Shown one piece after another: positions 34,536-45,672 of a DNA stretch of 48,551 nucleotides. Numbering within the stretch: the stretch's first letter is position 1; every line of letters begins with the position of its first letter. The stretch is taken from assembly GCA_000442015.1 (NCBI GenBank), contig KE560862.1, forward strand, positions 1-48,551, written 5' to 3'. The position numbers were made by a program, and so were the translations under genes. The stretch comes from Rozella allomycis CSF55. Its lineage: Eukaryota. The notes beneath the pieces are model-generated. The model did no database searches. It was not told where the DNA came from and saw nothing but the letters and a program-made list of their open reading frames with translations.

Positions 34536-36403
34536 ATGAAAATTAATACAGCAGAATCTTTTGACACTATAGACTTATCCGAAACAACGTATAAAATATT
34601 CTGCTTGAAATATAGACGAAAGACTTTGAATGCATTAAATTTCACAAGGATGACACCTGTTCAAGCTGTTACACTTCCAAATTTTCTATCAAACAAAGAT
34701 GTAGTAGTGCAATCAAAAACAGGATCTGGAAAAACTTTGAGTTTTGTTATACCAGTTATTGAAATATGTCAAGGATTGAAATCTTTCATGTTGAATGATG
34801 TTTTGGCAGTTATTATAAGCCCTACGAGAGAATTGGCAAAGCAGACATATGATGTAACTGTGAAATTTTCAGAAAATACAAATCTTGTTGTTCAATGCTT
34901 AATAGGTGGCGTGGATATTCAAGCTGATGTAAAGAAAGTCAGAGAATTTGGTGGGAACATTCTGGTCACCACACCAGGCCGTTTATGGGATATAATGGAG
35001 AAATGCAGTGATTTTCTATTATTCAAAAAACTCGAAGTTTTAGTTTTTGATGAAGCCGACAAGTAAAATGCATTACTTTGAGCAATTAGATTAATACAAA
35101 TGGGATTTCAATCAAAAGTGACAGAAATTATAGGGAAATTACCAAAACAAAGGAGGACTGGATTGTTTTCAGCAACTTTGAACGATTCCATTAAAGAGTT
35201 AATTAAAGTTGGCCTTAGAAATCCAGTTAAAATCAACGTAACTGATTCTCACAGTGATGGCCAAACACCTGAAACACTGCAACTGTTTTATTCAGTTGTG
35301 AATCCAAAAGAAAAACTTTTTCAATTGGCTAGCTTCTTGAAAGAAAAGAAGGGATCCAAAATCATGGTGTATTTTGGCACCTGTGCATGCGTTGAGTATT
35401 TTCATCATGTAAAATATTTCTATAAATTTAATTAGCTCTTGTCAGAATGGTCAGAAACCAAAGATTTAAATTTGATTTCATTGCACGGAAAAATGGTCAC
35501 TAAAAAGAGAGATGGTATTATTATAAATGTAACGTTAAAAAGGGTTATATAAAAAATTTGTTAAAGAAAAGGATGCTATTCTTTTGTGCACAGATGTTAC
35601 AGCTAGAGGTATTCACGTTGACGATATCGATTTTGTTATACAGTAAAACATTCTTTATAATTAAATTGATACGATCCACCTCAAGATCCAAGTATGTTTG
35701 TTCATAGAGTAGGCCGATCTGGTCGAATGGGAAATTTGGGAAACGCTTTGGTTTATCTCTACCCCAACGAAGTTCCTTACTTGGGTAATTTTTAACTCCT
35801 TTGTTGATAGATTTTTTGAAACTAAGAAAAATATCAATGGAAGATTTGCCATTGTTCAACCACACACTTTGCTCATCGGGTATTTATGATCTGTTGGCTA
35901 ATCATGACCGTTCATTGTATGAAAAGAGCATGAGAGCGTTTGTCAGTTATGTCAGATTTTATCAAGAGCATCATGCCTCGTTTATTTTCAGATTTAAAGA
36001 TATAGCGATTGGGGATATTGCCGATGGATTTTTTCTACTGAATTTGCCTAGAATGCCTGAATTGGACCAGAAGAATATTGATTGGAAGCCACCGCGTCCA
36101 GAGGTTAATGTAATAATCGCACACATTACTGAGTAATAGGTTCATGAAATCGCGTTTAAAGATCCTCAAAGAGAACAACAACGACTTGTGAGAGTTGAAA
36201 AACAAAAAGAAAAGAAGGCAGAAGAAAAGAAGCAAAGAAAGAAAAGCTTGAAGAATAAGAAGAAATCAGGAATCACGAAAGGACATAGATTTACAGTTAA
36301 CGATTGGGATGAATTGCAATCTGAAGCCAGACTATTAAAGAAATTGAAGAAAGGAAAAATATCAGAAAAAGAAGTCGATGACGCTCTAATGAATTTTGAA
36401 TAA
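34536..36403 (+). CDS. SPB4: DEAD-box helicase Spb4/DDX55; introns 34589-34615, 35063-35089, 35409-35435, 35515-35542, 35643-35668 (GT-TG), 35785-35810, 36110-36139
   Basis: [69 protein letters not shown]. Confidence 0.93.
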
Positions 36404-36427
36404 AGTAAATTTCTTTTACACATTGCT

Positions 36428-38204
36428 TTATTTTTTATGGTGAAAATGGACTTCGTGAAAATTTGGTTCTTCGTATTCGCCATCTCTAAACTTTTTACTT
36501 ATCAAGGATGTCATACTAAACATGAATTGTAAAGCAATTTACTTTTGAAATTCTTGTTGCATTAATTTGTGCNGAATTCTTTGTTGCATTAATTTGTGTT
36601 CTTTATGAATGCCTAATGAATCTAAAACAAATCTTCCTATTTCAGTATTTTCTCTCGAACCACGCAATGCTTCACTATTTCGTCCGTAAGCATACAAGTT
36701 AACATCTACTCCTGTGTGTCCATATGTTGTCCAGCCAATATTCGCTCTTTTTGAAATCTACATGATTTTTGTCGAATAAATGTACTGTTTCGCCAAGAAA
36801 ATATTCAACTTTGGAATAATCATTATTTAAAACATGTTTCTTCAAATAATCCAATTCGACTTTTTCCAACTCGAACGGCAAATAAGCTTTGATAACTATT
36901 TTCAAGTATATTTCAATGCTGTCAGAGTTCATATTGTCAGATATATTCTCCTTTATTTCTTTTGAGATTCTACTAGTGGATTTATTAATATCAAGTAAAA
37001 TTTGTGGATTCCATTTATATTCAGGATATTCCTCTGTGTATTGCGCCCCTACTGTCAATCCCCCGGTTTCATGGTCCGACACTGATATCATTACAGCACC
37101 AGGATTTTTATCGACAAAGTCCTTGACTAACTCTACGGTTTGCTGATACATAAGAATTTCTCTTGCATGGGTTGCAGGGTCGTTGCTGTGAGCCGCCATG
37201 TCTAAATTTTCATTCTTGGTAACTTTGCCTTACCAATTCTCGAGCCTTCAATCATCAAAAAGAATCCTTTGTCAGATGCCTCCATTAAATTCTTTAATGC
37301 AAATGATGCCATTTCCATCAAAGAAGGCTGAGAATTGTCTCTATCAATTTCGTAGTCCATATGATCAAGTGAAAATAGTCCGATAAAAGGATATCCAAAG
37401 TTAACACACTTTTTCAATACTTACTGGTGAATGCTTTCTATAGAGCTCAATTCTGCCCTGCTAAAGGCCAAGGTAGCTGAAGATCTCTTTACTAGTAAAT
37501 TAATGTTATCTCGTCTGCAGGAATCTTTTCCAGATACAAACATGCATCGACCACCACCCATTAATAGATCAACGGTTTGGTTCAATTTAGAAAATCCCAT
37601 TTGGAATAATGCTATTTCACTCTCCATATCTCTATGTTCTACATGTGCACTAAAGGATGCCGGTGTTGCATGAGTCACTCTCGAGGTCGAAACTAGTCCA
37701 GTTGCGTATCCTGCCTTCTTTGCGGCTTCCAAAACCGTTATACAAGGTTTTTTGTTTTGATCCACTGAATGAATACAGTTTTCAAATTCGTACCTCCAAT
37801 GGCTCCATTGTATGTTTTTATCGCACAACTAAAGGCAGTAGCTCCGGCAGCACTATCTGTGATCAATGAGCTTGATGATTTAGTCCTGGAAGATCCAACA
37901 AGCATCGTGTCTAATGGCAATAGTAACTCTGCATCTTTATGTAATGCTTGATTAAATGACCTAGCAAAGGTTTGAGATGCTGGACCATATCCATCTGAAA
38001 TCATTAATATCACATACTTTCTATCTTTTACTATCTTTTCATAGAGTAATTACCTGTTTTTGTCTTGCAATGTATAATTGCGAACAAAAAAGCCATGAGA
38101 AATATGGAACACAAAACTACTCTCCATTTGAAATTATTAGACATTGACAAGGCCTTTTGATTGTGACTTTTACTTATCAGTGGTGTTTTTTCTCTTGTTG
38201 ACAT
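36428..38204 (-). CDS. PHO8: Vacuolar-type alkaline phosphatase (type II membrane); introns 38025-38053, 37765-37793, 37395-37424 (GT-GG), 37202-37233, 36758-36785, 36516-36542; N join at 36573
   Basis: ISDGYGP, TDSAAGAT, THATPASF, FFLMIEGSRIDMAAH, SDHETGG, GHTGVDV. Confidence 0.92.
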
Positions 38205-38277
38205 GAATATTGAAATTTTCGTAAATAGATCATTCATCATTGATAATGATTCAAGTCCAAATGCTAATTAAAACGGT

Positions 38278-39063
38278 TTATTGAATGACAGGTTCAAGTC
38301 TCCGAGAGGTAACGATCCTCATAATAATTATTGAAAACAATATCTGGCAGAAAAATAGAGCGAAATTAACAGCTATGAGGACAATGATGATGTAATTAAG
38401 CTTCATTTTGATAGCATCAAGTAAATTTAAAAGCCCTGCAGATCCGGTACCGGGCAAACCTGTCATGACAAGAATACAGTACAGAATATGAGCGAATTGA
38501 AATACGTAGTACAAAATATAATAGAATGAATTGTCGTCTCTAAGTGATTTTGAGTGATCATGGGTACTTTAAGGCCTTATATAACGAAATGTGCCAAGTT
38601 AGAAAGGAACAAAATGGTCCTAGCAAACAATATGCTATTGACAGTAGGATTGAACTGATTTGGTATTGATTGGCATCAACTGTCATTAATGCAATAACGC
38701 TTGCAAAATTCAGTATGTAGTTACTAACAGCCGCTTTTTAGTAATTTTTAACATGCATACTTAACCATAAAATATAAGACAGTCTAATCTGACCCCTTTT
38801 ACTTTCTTGTATCTCTTTTTTAATATCATGTGTGACGCATGGCCAACACCAAGGCCAATTAGGTGGCACGGCTTGGGTAGAAGGTAATTGAATTTGTGTT
38901 TGACCCAATATATGTAATTAAAATGACAAATTACGGAGTCTACAGGCTTTTCTTTCAATTTGTCTTGACCTTGTTTTAGGTCTTCTTTAATTTCTTTTAG
39001 TTTTGCTGTATTGGTTGGTGAACTAACTGTATTTTCAATTCCTTCATATCGTGAGCCGTTCAT
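38278..39063 (-). CDS. SCAMP-family secretory carrier membrane protein; introns 38906-38934 (GT-TG), 38734-38760, 38540-38567
   Basis: Spliced PPNWPWCWPCVTHDIKKEI, SFLTWHISLYKALKDDNSF (E-peptide-like) and four TM segments. Confidence 0.8.
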
Positions 39064-39101
39064 TAATTAGAAATTTCTATTCTATTTTAGAAATTAAATC
39101 C

Positions 39102-40310
39102 ATGCTAGCTTGTATGCAGTGTGGGCGCGACGCGATCAATGAGCCTCAAAAAGTACACCACCTTCAGCAATTACCAGATGATGTTATTTTTAAAATACTT
39201 GATGAATTGAATTACATGGAGCTCACAATCTTTTCAATGGTAATCTAAAGTATTTCAAGATTAAGTGTTCAAAATGGAGCCAGAAAGTTGGCAATAATCC
39301 GACATTGTACAGGAACTTGAACACTAATATATTCCCACTGAAGACGGTAAAACAAATCAATTCAAAAATCAGCTACAACTTGCAAGTACAATATTTAATT
39401 TTGCGCATAGGAAAGTTAAACTATTCAATATTTATATCGTTTATAAAGAAGGCGGGTGAAAAGGTTATTGACCTTTACTTTGATGCGAATGATTTGGATG
39501 TTAATTCAAAGTTCAGCAATGTAGTATTTGAAAGCATTTCAACTAATGTAAATTGCATTTCTAATCTTGTACTTGAAAATTGTGAAAATATCAGTACTGA
39601 ATGTATTCAAAAATTGTTTCTTGCAAGTAAGCGCCTAAGATATCTACATATTTCTAAATGCTTCTCTCTGGATGATATGTGCCTAAAGAGTGTAGACAGC
39701 ATTTATCTTGAGAAAATATCCTTAATTGATGCGTTTGATATCACGAGTAAAAAAGAAAAGAATTCAGAAATCAGGTGATGGCGTTCAACATTTATTAGAC
39801 AAGTGCAAAAAAGTTAGTCACCTTGCATTAATTAATTGTTCCAAAGTTTTTCCTAATGCTTTTACTGGTATTAAATTCTGATTGTTATTTACAGGTGTGG
39901 ATTTAAATCAATTGGTGGCATTGGATGTAACCAAATGTCGCAACATGAACGATGATTTACTATATATTATATCTAATAAGGCAACAAACTTGAGAATTCT
40001 GAGTTTGAATGGGTGCTGTGATGTTACTGATAAAGGCATAGGCATGTTAAAGATGCTTCCTTTAGAAGATTTGGATTTGACCGAATGTTATTGCATTACT
40101 ACAACAGGCATTAGTGGTCTTTTGATGGAACTGACATCTTTGAAAGTTTTGAACCTTTCATTTTGCATGAAACTCGCCGACGAAATAATACCGTCCATTA
40201 CACGCCTTCGATTGGAAAAATTGATATTAACAAACTGCAGTGGCATTTCTTTTAAAGCTATATCAGATCTAAAACGAATAATGGGAAATTGTGTCGTACA
40301 AACTTGGTGA
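39102..40310 (+). CDS. F-box/LRR (FBXL-type) protein; introns 39240-39265, 39747-39774, 39868-39894, probably also 39347-39372 and 39386-39410
   Basis: F-box LPDDVIFKILDEL...CSKW; Cys-containing LRRs (LxxLxLxxCxxITD type). Confidence 0.85.
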
Positions 40311-40333
40311 ATAAAATGTATAATTCATTAAAT

Positions 40334-42140
40334 TTATTGATAATTTAACAGAAACCGTGTTTCGGAAGGACAACCAATAACTTTGACAATTGAATCCACA
40401 GTTTTTCCATTCTTTATTTCATCCCAAATCATTTTTGGGATTCTCTCAGAAATTCGATGACATCCAAAAACAGAGACTTTGGTTACATTTGAACTTGGAT
40501 TTAAAGTAAAATTTCTTTCAAAGGACAATAATGCATTCATCACATCATCGTCCACGTTGGAACACCAAGACAAATCTATAAGTTCAAGTTTACATACAGA
40601 AGAACAGATGTCCATTAGCATTTCTTTAGAGAGTAATCTCACATAATTTAGATTTAGATTCTCAATCTTTTTGATAAGAGTGGGAACTAATGGCTTCAAT
40701 GCCAGATCAGTCAGTTCAAGATTTCCAGCTAATGAAAGATGAGTCAAGTTTTTGGTCTTTTCAAGCATTTTGTTAACACATTCATCATTTATTTTTGGAA
40801 GGTTGGATAAATCAAGAAACTTTAACCTTTTCACATCAATAAAATCCAAAGAACTACTGGAAATATTAGTGCATTTGTTTAAACTCAGTTCTTCTAGTGA
40901 AATGTTCTCGAATATTGCAAGTAAGCAATCATCTGTGAGAGCAGGGCAATTCTCCAATTTCAAACTTCTTAGTTGNACATTTGTTTAAACTTAGTTCTTC
41001 TAGCGAAATGTTCTCTAATATTGCAAGTAAACAATCATCTGTGAGAGCAGGGCAATTCTCCAATTTCAAACTTCTTAGTTGTCTAAAATGTTTTATATGA
41101 AGAAGTCCATTAACAGTGAACCTATTATTTGAACAAAAGTGTAGCGCTTCTATATTCGGGCAATGCTGAGCCAAATCAGATATACCTTGATCTGTAAATT
41201 TAACCGACTCTACAAACGAAAGCCTCTTCAGTCTGGATCCAATATGATTCCCCAAAGAACACAAAGCACTGTTTGTCAACAAAAAGGCGCCAGTGATTGA
41301 AAGAGATTCAACAAAAGGAATGTTCGATACAAATTTGTCAAATGTTAAATCATCCAATCTACCACACTGCCTAAGATCTAGCGATTTTATAGGAAGACCT
41401 TGAAATTTAGACCATCCTTTTTCTGTAATATCTGTGCAGTCATAAATCGTTATATCAGGCTGGTTATGAATAAACAAGTCAATAAGATCATCATTCATTT
41501 TCCTGTTTCTACACACTAATTGGCACAACGAATCAATTAATGCTGGTTCTATATCGCCAAAGGCTTCAATATCTTCAATTAACGCATATAGTTTTTGTAG
41601 ACAAAGTACTTTTAAAGAAGGAACCTTGTTTAACAGAATATCATCCAGTAGAGAAGTTTCATGAGGTAATTTTTGAAGCTTCTTTGTAGCGCCTTTTCTG
41701 ATTGGTTTTTTATTCTTTGATAGTGCGTTTAAGGCGGATTTTTGGCATGATGCGCACAAAGAAGACCAACATCCAATCGGTAATAAAGTTGAGCAATTAG
41801 AGCAATGTTTTTGTTTCTTGAAATCATAATCCATGTCATCGTCATCATCTTTTTTAGGTTTCTTCTTTTTTGGTCGTTCTGATGCTGTAGCTTCCTGATT
41901 TACTTGTTCTTGAGCAATTTGATTATTGTTAACTATTGTTTCTTGTTCATTTGTCGTTTGTAATTCTTGGGTTGTCGAGGTCTCCGTTTGTAATGACGTC
42001 AAGTTAACGGTAGGCTGGATTTCAACCGTTTCATTTTCATTGGCATTTCTATTTCTCGCCATAGAAAGACGGGAGCTTATTCCTCGCTCTTCTAGAAAAG
42101 AACTAAGAGCGCTTCGTGGGCCTTTAACAGATCTCACCAT
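40334..42140 (-). CDS. RAD7: Rad7-like LRR nucleotide-excision-repair protein, split by an assembly overlap at the N at 40976
   Basis: N-terminal GPRSALSSFL, VPSLKVLC box, LRRs, C-terminal VSVFGC. Confidence 0.75.
40871..41081. repeat. 105-nt duplication across a single N (40871-40975 vs 40977-41081)
   Basis: 5 substitutions, all at third codon positions of the Rad7-like gene. Confidence 0.85.
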
Positions 42141-42246
42141 GCATAAATAAGAAAATTTTCACTAGTACAAGCCAAAAATTTATTAATATATAGTGAAAAA
42201 TTAACTTTTAATAAACACGCTTGAAATATAATACAAATTTAAAGCT

Positions 42247-42652
42247 CTAGTCCACAATCATTTGATGATCATCTTTTTGATTTTCTAGCACAGCTTCTCT
42301 CTTCTCTAAATCTTGCAAAATATCATCAATATCATTTAGAATAATATTTCTTTTTTCTTTTGACGCTTTTATTTGCATATCATAGTCATTTAAAAGAATT
42401 CTTTGTTTTAACATGTTCGAAACATCTAGTAGAGAATTAATAGACCTAATCTAGAATAACATCGTCTTATAAATCTTACGATATTTTCAGTATGGCAAGT
42501 AAGTTGGTATTGCTCCCGTGTAATATGAGTAAGAGATTTGTTTCCAATCTATACAAAAATACATTAACGAATACTGTTGATATTTGTAAAATAGAAGAAA
42601 TATTTTCATAAAGAGAATTAATTTCATCGTCTACCGTAACTCTGAGGTTCAT
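42247..42652 (-). CDS. MED22: Mediator subunit 22 (Srb6)-like; introns 42549-42574, 42451-42479
   Basis: Spliced VDDEINSLYENISSILQ...HTENIIRSINSLLDVSNMLKQRILLND fits the Med22 pattern. Confidence 0.65.
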
Positions 42653-42690
42653 TTTCAGGGAATTCCGTAAAGCCAGGGTCAAGGAAGAAG

Positions 42691-44857
<2,167 letters not shown>

Positions 44858-44894
44858 ATCAATTTCGTATTACATTTTTATTTGTATTTGTTAN

Positions 44895-45349
44895 GTCTCC
44901 ATGCACTCTATCAGCACTCATGGAAAAGACGAAACATCATCACCAACAATACTCCGTAACTACACAACTCCTTCCTCCACAATTACTCAAAGCACCAAAA
45001 CGACGGGACAGANACTTAGATGTGGGTTTTCCCTGATGTATATGTTTGTTCGTGTTGCCGCATCTGGTAGGTATTCTGCGACTTCTGGTTGGCAGTTCTC
45101 CATTTTTATCAGGGCCGGTTTGAGATAGGCCGTTGTCATTCGTCTAAGGTCATTTCTATCTAGATGTGAGCAATCAAAGAGATGATCTTCAGTTTTTATA
45201 TGTAGCTTACAGAGACGGCACATGGTTTCATTTGTGATATGCATTTTCCATCTGGTTGTCCGGCGAAGGACAGGTAGCAGATCCAGCGTCAGTTTGTGCC
45301 GAAAGGCACTTTCGGTTCTTGCCTTTGGTAGTTTGGCTATTGCCACAAC
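44895..45349 (-). mobile_element. 3' fragment of a non-LTR (LINE-like) retrotransposon, zf-RVT-type C-terminal domain
   Basis: FRHKLTLDLLPV...CRLC...TEDHLFDC; fragmented by Ns at 44894 and 45013. Confidence 0.65.
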
Positions 45350-45662
45350 TGAGCCTGGGTCTAAAGTAATTTAAAGAAAACTTAATAAATAAAACTTTTA
45401 GAGCAGTGAAAAACTTTTTTATTTTATTCAAGGGTCGCATTTATACCCCGACCCTGGCTTCTCACTTCTTTTCCGAAATTTCCTTCACACTCTTATTTTT
45501 TAGGCTTTGCGGCTGTGTTATACCCATAACATCGATATTTTTGCTAGATCTCTTGACTACCTCGCTAAATAATAAGCCTGAAGTGAGAGCAGNGTGCCTA
45601 CCTCACTAAATAATAGGCAGGAAGTGAGAGCAACCGGATTGCTAACTCTTCCACTTCCAACA
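45350..45662 (-). repeat. Putative 3' LTR of the copia element (TG...CA), preceded by the polypurine tract at 45663-45672
   Basis: Minus strand GAGAGAGAG then TGTTGG directly after RNase H; contains TATAAAT and AATAAA; CA end at 45350 is inferred; N join at 45593. Confidence 0.55.
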
Positions 45663-45672
45663 CTCTCTCTCA

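Noticed and set aside
37417-37428. ATACTTACTGGT resembling the U1 snRNA 5' end
   Set aside because: It is the reverse complement of the phosphatase donor site, with no U1 structure downstream.
37409-37492. Canonical two-intron alternative (32 nt plus 16 nt) for the phosphatase
   Set aside because: It needs a 16-nt intron and replaces the family-like TLAFSRAELSSI segment; less parsimonious than GT-GG, though not formally excluded.
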